Shown: positions 21,365 through 31,087 of the stretch, one piece after another | How the letters are laid out: every line of letters begins with the position of its first letter | Position numbering within the stretch: the first letter of the stretch is position 1 | Origin: a virus | Taxonomy: Duplodnaviria; Caudoviricetes | Direction: 5' to 3' (one strand) | Virus record (IMG/VR): IMGVR_UViG_3300019752_000008 | Span: 1-60,812 of that record | Length of the DNA: 60,812 bases | Translations under genes and position numbers: made by a program | Notes under the pieces: model-generated | Database searches by the model: none | What the model was told of the DNA's origin: nothing | Seen by the model: only the letters and a program-made list of their open reading frames with translations

Positions 21365-21817
21365 TTAACTAGAAGCCCATTTTTTTAATGCTCCAAAGTT
21401 TTTAACCCACCATTTGCCTATGCTTCTTTTTATCTTAATCTCTAAAGTCTTAAGCCAACTCATATTTTGTTTTTTAACTACCAATACTATATTTGAATCT
21501 TTAAATGTTTTTGCACGTTCTATTACGCCTTGAGGTGCTTTGCAATTATCCATTATAATATTTTTCACAGATATGACTTTCATTTTTGTATACTCATCGT
21601 TACTATATACTATTATTCTTGCACCATTATTTAATGTTAAAGTATTTCTTGTTACATCTTTTACGTCAAATTTACATACTAGTTTTTGTCTTATTAATTC
21701 TCCTATTTTATTCGCTTTAAAATCTGACACAAATAACACAGTCTCTTTTTTATCTGTTATTTTCTTAATTATTTCTATTGCTTTTGTTGTTTTATATTTG
21801 GCTTCTATTGTTATCAT
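21365..21817 (-). CDS. Hypothetical protein resembling a degenerate ATPase fragment
   Basis: LNNGARIIVYS...IIMDN. Confidence 0.5.
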   Translation of the reverse strand: MITIEAKYKTTKAIEIIKKITDKKETVLFVSDFKANKIGELIRQKLVCKFDVKDVTRNTLTLNNGARIIVYSNDEYTKMKVISVKNIIMDNCKAPQGVIERAKTFKDSNIVLVVKKQNMSWLKTLEIKIKRSIGKWWVKNFGALKKWASS

Positions 21818-21828
21818 TTGCTATCCTT

Positions 21829-22575
21829 TTATTCTATAATTTCGACATCTTCTATATCTTCATAATTACTCTTCATCATATCAAAAAACTCTATCATAGT
21901 ATCTGTGTCTACTTCTTTGAAAAGTGTTCTTGTAGAGTGTTTATACATAGTATCAAAATACGAGTCTGCTACTTCTTTGAGTTGCTTTATACCCTCTTCT
22001 TTTAGTTTTGGATCAACTATATTTTTTTCTATAAGTTTTTCTAGTTGAGCCAGAGGAAGTTGATCCCTCATTCCTGTGATATTATTATGAATAATCGCCA
22101 TAAACTCACTCATGAGCGTATCAAGTTCTCCTACTACTATATACTTCTTCTCTTCTACTTGTTGCTTATGTGACTTAGCTATAATATCTTCTGCAATTTT
22201 TAGTGCATCAAGAAATTCTGCTCCGCCTTGAGTTTTTGCTATTATATTTAAATGCACTCTATTTTTAAGATTTATTTTGCTTACATCAAGTCCACCTATA
22301 GTTGTATCTTCTATTGGTAAGTTATCTGATGGTGGAGCTACACTTACCTCTCTACCTTTTGGATTGAATTTATCCTTTAGTGTTTTCTTAAACTCTAAAA
22401 CCTGCACAAAGTCATAGAACTTAGCCTTTTCTCCATATACCTCAACTTCTTCTGGGAATCCGTCTTTTTTTTTCCACGATGTTACTGTTGATTTTCCTAC
22501 TGAAAAGTATTTTTGTATTCCTTCTGATGATATTAATAGTCTTTGCTTGTCTATGAAAGTTTTTTGTTCTAGCAT
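21829..22575 (-). CDS. terS: Terminase small subunit (Nu1-like)
   Basis: N-terminal winged HTH (FSVGKSTVTSWKK.DGFP...YDF) then helical region; upstream of terL. Confidence 0.75.
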   Translation of the reverse strand: MLEQKTFIDKQRLLISSEGIQKYFSVGKSTVTSWKKKDGFPEEVEVYGEKAKFYDFVQVLEFKKTLKDKFNPKGREVSVAPPSDNLPIEDTTIGGLDVSKINLKNRVHLNIIAKTQGGAEFLDALKIAEDIIAKSHKQQVEEKKYIVVGELDTLMSEFMAIIHNNITGMRDQLPLAQLEKLIEKNIVDPKLKEEGIKQLKEVADSYFDTMYKHSTRTLFKEVDTDTMIEFFDMMKSNYEDIEDVEIIE

Positions 22576-22579
22576 ATTT

Positions 22580-22780
22580 TTAAAATCCTTGAATGCAAGG
22601 TTTTATACTTATCTCATATGCTACCATCTGTCCCCCTGCAATTAAAGATACATGGTTATTTTCTATCTCTGCATTAAAGTAAAAATCTTCTTTATGTTTC
22701 TCGCCTAACTCTAGTAGTATTTTAGATATTTTTTGCTCTGCTTGTTTTATATCCTCTTTAACTTCTTTTATGTCTATCAT
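22580..22780 (-). CDS. Hypothetical protein
   Basis: AAGGA RBS. Confidence 0.6.
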   Translation of the reverse strand: MIDIKEVKEDIKQAEQKISKILLELGEKHKEDFYFNAEIENNHVSLIAGGQMVAYEISIKPCIQGF

Positions 22781-22800
22781 TTTCTGTCCTTTTGTAGTAT

Positions 22801-22965
22801 CTATACTATTTTATTAAATCCAAAAACTATTATATTCATTAGTGTTAATGGAAACACAATAAAAATAGCAATAATTTCAGCGTCATCCTTCTCTGTAAAG
22901 AAAATTACAAAAAGCACAAAAAATATATCAAAATATACTGTTGCAACAGTTTGTAATGTATACAT
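22801..22965 (-). CDS. Small 2-TM protein (54 aa)
   Basis: Hand-translated; AAGGATGAG upstream; fills the operon gap. Confidence 0.5.
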   Translation of the reverse strand: MYTLQTVATVYFDIFFVLFVIFFTEKDDAEIIAIFIVFPLTLMNIIVFGFNKIV

Positions 22966-22969
22966 TATC

Positions 22970-23212
22970 TCATCCTTTTATTTTGGCAGATAATCTTACC
23001 TGATCCACTATATCTTCAATCGTTAAATTTGACTCTTCCAATATCTTCTTTATAAATGTTCCATATATTAGTATCTCATAGAAGTTGAAGTTGCTTATTC
23101 TTCTATACGTCTTGTAGAATCCACTCCACTCTTTGCCTATCCTTGACGATATCTCTTTAGGGGTGGTGCTTAGTTTAGACTCTAACTCTTCAAATGCTGT
23201 TTTATCTTCCAT
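22970..23212 (-). CDS. Hypothetical protein, possible HTH
   Basis: GAGGT RBS; first gene after the cos-like site. Confidence 0.55.
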   Translation of the reverse strand: MEDKTAFEELESKLSTTPKEISSRIGKEWSGFYKTYRRISNFNFYEILIYGTFIKKILEESNLTIEDIVDQVRLSAKIKG

Positions 23213-23276
23213 TTTTGACCTCTATGGTTGTTTTTATTTCCAAATAATATCACTAAAAGTCTTAATTTTTCCTTAC

Positions 23277-23477
23277 TTTTTGGTATATTTGCCAATATAG
23301 TCATACTAGTTGTTTTGTATCTCTTTTTTTGGCATATTTGACTATTTGGTGTATTTGCCATTATTTACTATATTATTATTGTTCACTCAGTTCAAACCTA
23401 TTTAAAAAATTTTGTTCTGAGGAAAGTGACGGGGCTTCGAACACCCTTATCTTAAGTTTCGTTTCAATATAGTACCT
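23277..23477 (-). other. Putative cos packaging site (cosQ-like, cosN-like, three cosB-like repeats)
   Basis: AGGTACT (23477-23471); GC-rich dyad centred on TTCGAA (23431-23446); three TTTGG.RTATTTG.C repeats (23277-23360) toward terS. Confidence 0.6.
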
Positions 23478-23534
23478 TTTCCTTTTTAAAAGGAACTAAA
23501 AAATACAATTTCTTTCATATTTGATACAAAATAC

Positions 23535-23563
23535 TTGACATTGGTTTGTAATTCATATATAAT
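23535..23563 (+). promoter_or_regulatory. Consensus sigma70 promoter of the early region
   Basis: TTGACA-N17-TATAAT exact. Confidence 0.85.
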
Positions 23564-23640
23564 TACAGTACAAAAAGAGATTAAAACATCTTGACCCCTC
23601 AAAATAACGGCTTCACCTTTTTAAATCAAAAGGCTTAATT

Positions 23641-23847
23641 ATGAAAAACATTATTGAAAGACTATTACTTATAACAACTGTTGCTATTGTGCTTATCTTT
23701 CTAGTTATGGCAGGTGTTAGCCCTACTGCTCCATTAGAGATTAAAGAAATATTTATTAATATACTGTTATTTGGTATAGCTATTTGGCTTTTGCTTATAG
23801 TTTTGTTTCATAGTGACTTTATAAACAAAAATGTAATACACAGATAA
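23641..23847 (+). CDS. Small 2-TM membrane protein
   Basis: First ORF after the promoter; two hydrophobic helices. Confidence 0.6.
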   Translation: MKNIIERLLLITTVAIVLIFLVMAGVSPTAPLEIKEIFINILLFGIAIWLLLIVLFHSDFINKNVIHR

Positions 23848-23952
23848 ATAAATTCATAGAGTACTTACATGAAGTATTCTATGAATTTATAGAGGTTAGT
23901 TATAGCTATGTTTATAGTTAGAGAATAAGAAAAAACAAGGATAAAGACAAAA

Positions 23953-24609
23953 ATGCAAGAAGTATTAAAAGATTTAAATAGCAAATTAGGCGAATTAGTT
24001 GGAAGCGGTAAAACTTTAGATAGTAAAGAATGTAAAGAAGTATTAAAAGGTATTAAAGCATTAAAAGATAAAGAGACTTTTCTTATTGATACATTTGGTA
24101 AAGATATAGATATATTTGATACCTTTGTATCAATCAAAGATGCTAACTTTGATTATATTATGGATTTTGCTACTAAAGATATACTTTTGGATATGTTTTT
24201 ACATAATGGTAACGGATTCTATGCAGATAAAAGCGAAATACCGAGGGGTTATACTAATCAAAAGCTAGGGAATAAGTTAGGGCATTTTAAACTTTCTTTT
24301 GATGATTATTTCGGATTAAGTATTGATGGTAAAATTAAATATAAAGATACATTCTTGGGGGTATGGATTAAAATAAAAGACTCTAAGCAATTATTCCATA
24401 TTTCTGGAGATAGAACAGATTTCAGAGGTGGGTACAAAATAGATAATTGTAAACTTCATACCCGTGATTTACAATTTAATAGCGATTTTAAATCTATAAG
24501 ATGGGGTCGAGGATCAGACACTTCTTATAATAGTTTTTGCAAATATCCAACAACAACAACGCTTAAGGAGTGGCTAAAATTAAACAAAGAAGTTTTAACA
24601 CAACATTAG
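23953..24609 (+). CDS. Hypothetical early protein
   Basis: 218 aa; AAGGAT RBS. Confidence 0.75.
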   Translation: MQEVLKDLNSKLGELVGSGKTLDSKECKEVLKGIKALKDKETFLIDTFGKDIDIFDTFVSIKDANFDYIMDFATKDILLDMFLHNGNGFYADKSEIPRGYTNQKLGNKLGHFKLSFDDYFGLSIDGKIKYKDTFLGVWIKIKDSKQLFHISGDRTDFRGGYKIDNCKLHTRDLQFNSDFKSIRWGRGSDTSYNSFCKYPTTTTLKEWLKLNKEVLTQH

Positions 24610-24657
24610 AATAGTAATTAATAGTTACTATTCTTAAAAAATAAAAAAGGAAACAAA

Positions 24658-24918
24658 ATGCAAGTAATACAAGCACAAACAATAGCTTTTAAATTATTAA
24701 AAGACAAGATCAAAATAACGGATACAAGATTTAAACAAAGTAAATCTATAAAATTTAATACGGATGATAACTTTAAAACATTTATAGAAAATTGGATGAA
24801 AGAAAAAAGTAAAAGAACAACACTTAATATACTTAGCTATTCATGTATAAATGATGATCTTTATCATTTTCATGTTAATTTCGGAGATAGTGGAGAATTT
24901 AACAATATATTTCTTTAA
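24658..24918 (+). CDS. Hypothetical early protein
   Basis: AAGGA RBS. Confidence 0.7.
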   Translation: MQVIQAQTIAFKLLKDKIKITDTRFKQSKSIKFNTDDNFKTFIENWMKEKSKRTTLNILSYSCINDDLYHFHVNFGDSGEFNNIFL

Positions 24919-24977
24919 ACTGTATTATCTTTAGTACAGTTTATGAAAGTATATTTCATATACAAAAAATTTAAAAG

Positions 24978-25172
24978 GTGGATATTATGGATGAGATTCT
25001 AGAAAGTATAGAAAATGGTCAAAGAAAACAAGCATTTGAACAAATGAAAGATAACAATATATCTTTAGAAGAGGTATTGCACGAGCTTAAAAATTATGGA
25101 GATATGGACGAGATGATAACAATGATCAAAATTGCTTTTAGTACTGGATACATTACGAGTGAATTTGAATAG
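24978..25172 (+). CDS. Small acidic early protein
   Basis: AAGGTGG RBS before MDEILE. Confidence 0.65.
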   Translation: MDIMDEILESIENGQRKQAFEQMKDNNISLEEVLHELKNYGDMDEMITMIKIAFSTGYITSEFE

Positions 25173-25338
25173 GGAGGTTAATAATTCTTATGATTATGAA
25201 GATATAAGATGTGATTTAAAAATAGGTTCTTAAGTTTTGGTTAGCTCTTATTTTTTTATAGGAGCTATAGCCACATTATTTTTAGTTTATTTATGTGCTT
25301 TTTGAGTATATAAATTAGTTAAAATCAAAGGGGAAATT

Positions 25339-25476
25339 ATGAAAAAGTTCACAGGTAAACGGTTAAAAGAGTTGGAATTATTTCGATCTCATCATGTGGG
25401 ATTCAAGAAAAAAAGTATTTTTCAACGGATTAAAAACAATAGAATTAGTCTATATGACTTTAAAATAGCTAAGTAG
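25339..25476 (+). CDS. Small basic early protein (45 aa)
   Basis: Hand-translated; AAGGGG RBS. Confidence 0.5.
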   Translation: MKKFTGKRLKELELFRSHHVGFKKKSIFQRIKNNRISLYDFKIAK

Positions 25477-25637
25477 ATCAATTAAAGGGTTTTCATGGTT
25501 AGAATAGTAAGAAGATACGGTTATAATTTTCTAGAGGTTGATAGTAGTAAATATACTTTTAAAAATAATAGGTATGCTTTTATAAGTAAAAAAGACTTAT
25601 ATAAGCATAAAAAATAGTTAAAATTAAAGGGGATAAA

Positions 25638-25853
25638 ATGGAAAAAGTAATAACATTAAAGTTTTTAGATGGTGTAAAAGCAGAAGTTAAGTCAGATGGT
25701 AGCGTTGAGATAAGTTTCAATACTAATGACACTAAGAGGGATTTATGGCTTAATCAAATTGATATTTGGAGTAAAACAAACGATAAATTAAAAGAATGTG
25801 GGTATTTAAGGCTTGAAAATAATGATAGACTTAAATTAGTAAAGAATAGATAG
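25638..25853 (+). CDS. Hypothetical early protein
   Basis: AAGGGG RBS. Confidence 0.65.
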   Translation: MEKVITLKFLDGVKAEVKSDGSVEISFNTNDTKRDLWLNQIDIWSKTNDKLKECGYLRLENNDRLKLVKNR

Positions 25854-25916
25854 TTAAGTTATAAAATAAATATATCCCTTTTTAACCTATTGGGATTTTA
25901 AAAGAAAGGTAGAGTT

Positions 25917-26138
25917 ATGGCAAATATGGAGAATTTGAAAGTAGGAACAAAAGTAAAAGTAAGTGAACAACAAAAAAAGGATAATTATTATTGCATGAAT
26001 TGGGTACATGATGATTTAATTATTACTCATACTCACAAAGATAATGAGGGTATAGGATTGCTTTATAGTTTTGATAGTATTTCAAGTGATCGTGAAATTA
26101 CATGTAGCTTGTACGGTTGGGAACTGGAGTTAATTTAG
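25917..26138 (+). CDS. Hypothetical SH3-like small protein
   Basis: LKVGTKVKV...ELELI pattern. Confidence 0.65.
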   Translation: MANMENLKVGTKVKVSEQQKKDNYYCMNWVHDDLIITHTHKDNEGIGLLYSFDSISSDREITCSLYGWELELI

Positions 26139-26267
26139 TCACGTTTAGAGGTAGTAGCATACCCCATCATTTTTTTAGATTTTTTTATGGATTCTTTGAA
26201 TTTATATATAAGCTTAGAGGTTGGTTGTTCCATGTGGAATTTGAAAATTTTTACTGAGGAGTAAATT

Positions 26268-26969
26268 ATGTTAGAAAATGTTACATTAGAAGAGTTGAGA
26301 GAAAATGCAAAAAGAGTTTATCCAGCTAGCTTAAAAGAAGTAAAAGCAAATAAGTATAAAGTGAATGGATATGATGGATATTTATTATTAGATGATACTA
26401 AGGATAATAAAGTACCACAATTATTTTATTGTGGAAAATGGAGGGAGAATACTATTCACCTACAAGAAGATCAAAAAGCTATAGTAGAAGCTCCCATCAA
26501 TTTTTCCAAAAATATACAAGAAAAGAAAGTCACGATAGATACTCATGTTTACACTTTATCTAAGCATAGAGATGATGTCTTTTCTATGCTAGTATATAGA
26601 TTAAAAGATGGTATTAATGAGGGCTATGACAAAAGAGGAACTCTAAACGATATAATACAAGATTTTCCTATCACTAAAGATAATATACATCTTTATTATG
26701 AGTTTATGAGTGATGAAGATAAAAACGCTCATATTGAACTTATTGATGGTATTCTTTACAGTAGATTATATATAGTTATTACTGATAAGTTAAAAATTGA
26801 AAACTTTTCAAGATTCTTAAATAAGACATATGGTAAAGATACTGCATCTTTTATTGCTTATGATTTCTTTGGAGTAAAAGACACATTAAAACCTATAGAT
26901 GAGTATATAGAAGAGATAAAAGCATCTATTGAGTATAAAGAGTATATAGCAAATAAGTCTATACAGTAG
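26268..26969 (+). CDS. Hypothetical early protein
   Basis: 233 aa; GAGGAG RBS. Confidence 0.75.
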   Translation: MLENVTLEELRENAKRVYPASLKEVKANKYKVNGYDGYLLLDDTKDNKVPQLFYCGKWRENTIHLQEDQKAIVEAPINFSKNIQEKKVTIDTHVYTLSKHRDDVFSMLVYRLKDGINEGYDKRGTLNDIIQDFPITKDNIHLYYEFMSDEDKNAHIELIDGILYSRLYIVITDKLKIENFSRFLNKTYGKDTASFIAYDFFGVKDTLKPIDEYIEEIKASIEYKEYIANKSIQ

Positions 26970-27044
26970 AACACAAAAATGTTAAAAGTGTGTAGTAGTG
27001 TATACCACCACTTTTGGAAAAATTAGAAATTAAAAGGAAAAATT

Positions 27045-27314
27045 ATGATATATGGGAAAGAAGATATAATACAAGGATTGAGTGAGTTAATTATAGATAG
27101 TGATATGCTACAAGTTAATATATTTGAAGATGGAAAATATCTAATATTAGAAAAAGAAGTAATTAAGCAAAGTGATTTAATATCTTATTTTGAAAATTTA
27201 GATTTTAAAACTAATGGTGGGCAAGATATATTTGAATTTTGTATAATTTACAAAAATAAAGATTTAACTATACAAATATCCGAATTAGAAACAGTTGATA
27301 AGCTAGATATATAG
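27045..27314 (+). CDS. Acidic early protein
   Basis: AAGGA RBS. Confidence 0.65.
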   Translation: MIYGKEDIIQGLSELIIDSDMLQVNIFEDGKYLILEKEVIKQSDLISYFENLDFKTNGGQDIFEFCIIYKNKDLTIQISELETVDKLDI

Positions 27315-27406
27315 TAAGTAGAAAGCATCTACTAAATAAACCTTAGTAGATGTAGCACGAAAATTTGATAGTAAGACTATCGACCAATTTTTTTAAAGGA
27401 AAAACT

Positions 27407-27589
27407 ATGAATTTAGGTAAATATTTTTTAAACAATGCGATTGAAAACAACAAGAAGGTTAGGGAAGGTAAAATCTCCAATAATCTATCCAAAGATGAAC
27501 TTAAAGCCTATAATACTGGTGAAATACCTAACAGTCCAAACTACAAAAAAAGAGGTAAGATAGAAAGTCTTAAAGAAAGAACACAATAG
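27407..27589 (+). CDS. Hypothetical early protein
   Basis: ATG at 27407 after AAGGA. Confidence 0.6.
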   Translation: MNLGKYFLNNAIENNKKVREGKISNNLSKDELKAYNTGEIPNSPNYKKRGKIESLKERTQ

Positions 27590-27653
27590 AAGGGAATATT
27601 ATGCAAAAGTTACTACTAGAATTAGCAACAATTTTTTAAAAAAAGGATAAGTT

Positions 27654-27899
27654 ATGTGTATGATTACAGACAATAGTGACATGAAAAAGATAAAGAATAC
27701 TAAGCATTTAGAGATAGTTCAACACAATCGTATCTTAGGAGTGTTTTATGATGTTTCCTACGGGTTATATTATGTTTCTAAGCTTGATATGCACTTGAAC
27801 CCTTTAAGGCTATATGATGGCTCTAAAGAGCAGATTGATAAGTTCTGGAAATTATATATAACTAAGTGTAAATTAGATTGGAGTTTACTAGATGACTAA
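27654..27899 (+). CDS. Hypothetical early protein
   Basis: AAGGATAA RBS. Confidence 0.6.
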   Translation: MCMITDNSDMKKIKNTKHLEIVQHNRILGVFYDVSYGLYYVSKLDMHLNPLRLYDGSKEQIDKFWKLYITKCKLDWSLLDD

Positions 27900-28062
27900 A
27901 TTTACAAAGCCCGAAAAAAGAACAGGATTAAAAGTTGTTAAGAAAAGTTGTGTTGAAAGCTTAAACACTGATACACAAAAATTGAGACATAAAAAAAGAG
28001 TTAATTGTTGGGATGCGATAGTAGATCGTGCCTTAAGTTTTGAAAATGATAAAGAAGGATAA
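27892..28062 (+). CDS. Small basic protein (56 aa)
   Basis: Hand-translated; GGAG RBS; overlaps the previous stop. Confidence 0.5.
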   Translation: MTKFTKPEKRTGLKVVKKSCVESLNTDTQKLRHKKRVNCWDAIVDRALSFENDKEG

Positions 28063-28145
28063 AAAACGTAGATGATACGCAAATGGTGATAAAGTTCTAG
28101 CATGGGCTTCACCAATTTTTTAAAAACAAACAAAGGATAAATAAA

Positions 28146-28427
28146 ATGGATAGCAATTACAAACATGTAAATTTTCTAAGAAAATATAATTTTACTGAAA
28201 ATCAAAGGACATTAAAGATAGCAAGAGAGCTGAGTAATAAAGAGGAACTTACACTATACAATTTTATATATAGCACTTTGAAACAGGAGCAGATAAGTGA
28301 AATGAGCAATACTAATTCGCTTTATTTAACAAGACTAAAAAAAAGAAATGCTTTTATATTTGAGTCCATCAAAGAGAAATGTGTGAGATTAATAATTAAA
28401 GATTTAGAAGGAGTAAATCATGAATAA
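28146..28427 (+). CDS. Hypothetical protein
   Basis: AAGGATAA RBS. Confidence 0.65.
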   Translation: MDSNYKHVNFLRKYNFTENQRTLKIARELSNKEELTLYNFIYSTLKQEQISEMSNTNSLYLTRLKKRNAFIFESIKEKCVRLIIKDLEGVNHE

Positions 28428-29205
28428 ATTTATAAAACAATGCAAGGCTACAGATGCAGATAAGTTAAGTATTAGTGGCAATACTATGGTTTTAGTTAGC
28501 AAAAAGTATTATGGTGTATATATTCAGATACACAAAACTGGGAAAAATGTAACCTTTTATACTTCAGGCGGTAAAGAATTTACATGCAAACTAGGGGTTA
28601 ATTTTCAAGAGCTGCCTTTTGATTTCAAGATAGAAACAGAATATATCATTAATGAAGGTAAGTTTAATATTTTAGAGCTTGCACAAGCAGATAATGAGAT
28701 CAAAAAGGTTGTAAAAGATAATTCTTTTAATCTTACTGGAAAATTTATGATATTTGATAGTATTGAGTTTGAGCAAAATGCAAGACATAGACTTGATGAT
28801 CTTCAATGTTTTCATTTTGGAGATCGCGATATTTTCCAAGTGGTAGAAAATATTTACGTGCCTTATTCTTTTTGCAAAGAGGAACTTATTAGAGTTCAAG
28901 GAGAAGGATATGAGGGCTTAGTTGCGAAAAAACCTAGCCATATGCACATAGAGGGTAAAAAATCTACTGATTCGTTTAAAATTAAACCTTACTATTCTGT
29001 AGATATACCAATCACAAGTGTTGTTAAAAAAATGCTTTGGTGCACTGATAAAGAAGGTAGAATTGCCAAAGTTTCAGTAGGAAAAGATGTATTGGAATTT
29101 GCCAAAGTTGGTGATATTGTAGAGGTAAAATATGAACAGATACACAAAACTTATGTCCAAGCTGTTTATATTCGGCATAGATTTGATAAAATGGAGGTAA
29201 ATTGA
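28420..29205 (+). CDS. lig: Minimal ATP-dependent DNA ligase
   Basis: Motif I-like KYYG, III ETE, IIIa FMIFD, IV EGLVAK, V FKIKP; OB domain VEVKYE. Confidence 0.8.
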   Translation: MNKFIKQCKATDADKLSISGNTMVLVSKKYYGVYIQIHKTGKNVTFYTSGGKEFTCKLGVNFQELPFDFKIETEYIINEGKFNILELAQADNEIKKVVKDNSFNLTGKFMIFDSIEFEQNARHRLDDLQCFHFGDRDIFQVVENIYVPYSFCKEELIRVQGEGYEGLVAKKPSHMHIEGKKSTDSFKIKPYYSVDIPITSVVKKMLWCTDKEGRIAKVSVGKDVLEFAKVGDIVEVKYEQIHKTYVQAVYIRHRFDKMEVN

Positions 29206-29274
29206 TATGTTAAGCATTGGTGCAACAATATTGTTAGTTGGTTTAGTTATGGGCATTATTTAAAAGGATATGCT

Positions 29275-29493
29275 GTGAAAATATTAAAAAATGTAGGTTT
29301 GCTGATGGTATATATCCCGTTTAATTATGCGGACGAGATACAGGCTATAAAAAATGAAATTATAGAAGAAGTTACATCTATGCAAAATTCTATTTATAGG
29401 CAAACAAAACAGATTGAAAAATCTCAAGCTATGATTAGTGAGTATAGATTAAAAATTGATGAACTAGAAGACAAATTAAAGGATAAAAAATGA
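29275..29493 (+). CDS. Coiled-coil hypothetical protein
   Basis: AAGGAT RBS; GTG start. Confidence 0.55.
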   Translation: MKILKNVGLLMVYIPFNYADEIQAIKNEIIEEVTSMQNSIYRQTKQIEKSQAMISEYRLKIDELEDKLKDKK

Positions 29494-30590
29494 TATGTAA
29501 AAACTGTAAAAAACAAAATAGTTGCAACATAAAAGACAATGTAGTTGCAAGAGGGTTGCCAATATTTAGCTGTAGTGAAAAAGTTATAGTAGATAGTGCC
29601 ACATCTTCTTCTAGTAGGTTTAAACCTAATGTTAAGTTTGCTATACCTACTGATGCAGACATAAATAAGTTAGTTAAAATTTTAGGGAAAAATGTATTAT
29701 GGTTTGGGTTTTGGTATACTTCTGTTAAAGGTGATAGTTTACATAAAGTAGATGGTGGTAGAGTTTTTGACTTTAACGCTTTTGAAAAACTACAAATTCC
29801 AGAAGTATCTATATATGAAGCTATACCAGAATTAGTTCCTAAAGAGATGAGGTATGATAAAGAAACTGATAGTTTGGTTCAAGATATACCTGATGATGCT
29901 GAAAGTTCTGTTGGATGGGTAGAAAGAAATGTTATTCCATTCTTACCGTCTCTTCCTTCTTATAACAAAAACCTTAAAAAGTACAAAAAAGCTTTTATTG
30001 ATTCTTTAAAAGATGAAATTTATTGTAAAGGTATTTCAAATACAGAAATACATGATACTAGTGTATTAGATATCTTTGAAGACAAAAAGCATAATGGATT
30101 TTACTATTTTAATAAAGATGGCGTAAAAACTTATATTGCTAGAAAGTATTTTACTAAAGTTTTGGACAACAAAAATAAGTTGCAAAAAGATTTTGATGAC
30201 ATTCATGGGCTTGATACTCTTTCTTATTTGATGAGTTCTTCAACTGGTAAAACAAACTCTCTTTCTCTTGATATGTTAAGACTTGTATCTGATTTAACAG
30301 AAGAGCCACATACTACTGACTCTAGCAATGTTTTAGAAAAGTTTTGCACTGGTTATTTTGATGATTTTGAAAAGGACACGATCACTTTTTCTAACACTGC
30401 GTTTAGTATCGATGTTTTAACTTCACAAATAGTTGATGTTGTTGTTTCAAAAGATGCTTATACTATCAATGAAATAAATAATGATATCCTAATTGCAGGA
30501 AAGTTATCAGACGAAAATGTGTTGGCTTTACACAAGGCAAATATTAGTATTTTCTACACAGATGGAGAAGGATTTATAAACCATGAGTAA
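29490..30590 (+). CDS. Hypothetical protein (366 aa, N-terminal CxxC)
   Basis: Long ORF coupled to its neighbours. Confidence 0.75.
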   Translation: MICKNCKKQNSCNIKDNVVARGLPIFSCSEKVIVDSATSSSSRFKPNVKFAIPTDADINKLVKILGKNVLWFGFWYTSVKGDSLHKVDGGRVFDFNAFEKLQIPEVSIYEAIPELVPKEMRYDKETDSLVQDIPDDAESSVGWVERNVIPFLPSLPSYNKNLKKYKKAFIDSLKDEIYCKGISNTEIHDTSVLDIFEDKKHNGFYYFNKDGVKTYIARKYFTKVLDNKNKLQKDFDDIHGLDTLSYLMSSSTGKTNSLSLDMLRLVSDLTEEPHTTDSSNVLEKFCTGYFDDFEKDTITFSNTAFSIDVLTSQIVDVVVSKDAYTINEINNDILIAGKLSDENVLALHKANISIFYTDGEGFINHE

Positions 30591-30774
30591 TGAAGTAAAA
30601 TATCTTATAGTCCAACCTAATGGGCTAGAAGATTTAGCGATAATAAAAAAGTGCAAAAGTAGAAATGAAGTTATAAGATTTCATTCTAAAAATGCAGATG
30701 CAAAATATCCAGAGCAGGACTTATTTGTAGTTCCTGCTACTAGTTTGGATGATTTTGTTAAGAAAAATATTTAA
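30583..30774 (+). CDS. Hypothetical protein
   Basis: Overlap coupling. Confidence 0.6.
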   Translation: MSNEVKYLIVQPNGLEDLAIIKKCKSRNEVIRFHSKNADAKYPEQDLFVVPATSLDDFVKKNI

Positions 30775-30783
30775 GGAGATGTC

Positions 30784-31086
30784 ATGGAGCATATTCAATT
30801 TATATCAAAACTTGACCATAATGTTGCAAACAGTAGTGTTTTTAAATTTAGCTTTAATGTGATTGATTTTCTTATGTTATCTTTTGAAGAAACGGACAAT
30901 CTCGAAACATTAGAATACAATCAAAATGCTTTGAAACTAACTATAAATGAATTTGTAAAAACCTGTAATATTAAAAAATATTCAGTTAAAAATGGTGTTA
31001 TTTATCATAATAAAAAAGCAACACTCTATCAAAGAGGTTATATGACTGGATTCATAACTTCTTTTTTTGCATTCGGTGGAATTTAG
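30784..31086 (+). CDS. Hypothetical protein
   Basis: AAGGAG RBS. Confidence 0.65.
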   Translation: MEHIQFISKLDHNVANSSVFKFSFNVIDFLMLSFEETDNLETLEYNQNALKLTINEFVKTCNIKKYSVKNGVIYHNKKATLYQRGYMTGFITSFFAFGGI

Positions 31087-31087
31087 A

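Noticed and set aside
27365-27382. N4 virion-RNAP-type hairpin promoter (AAG loop)
   Set aside because: Single instance and no virion RNA polymerase gene
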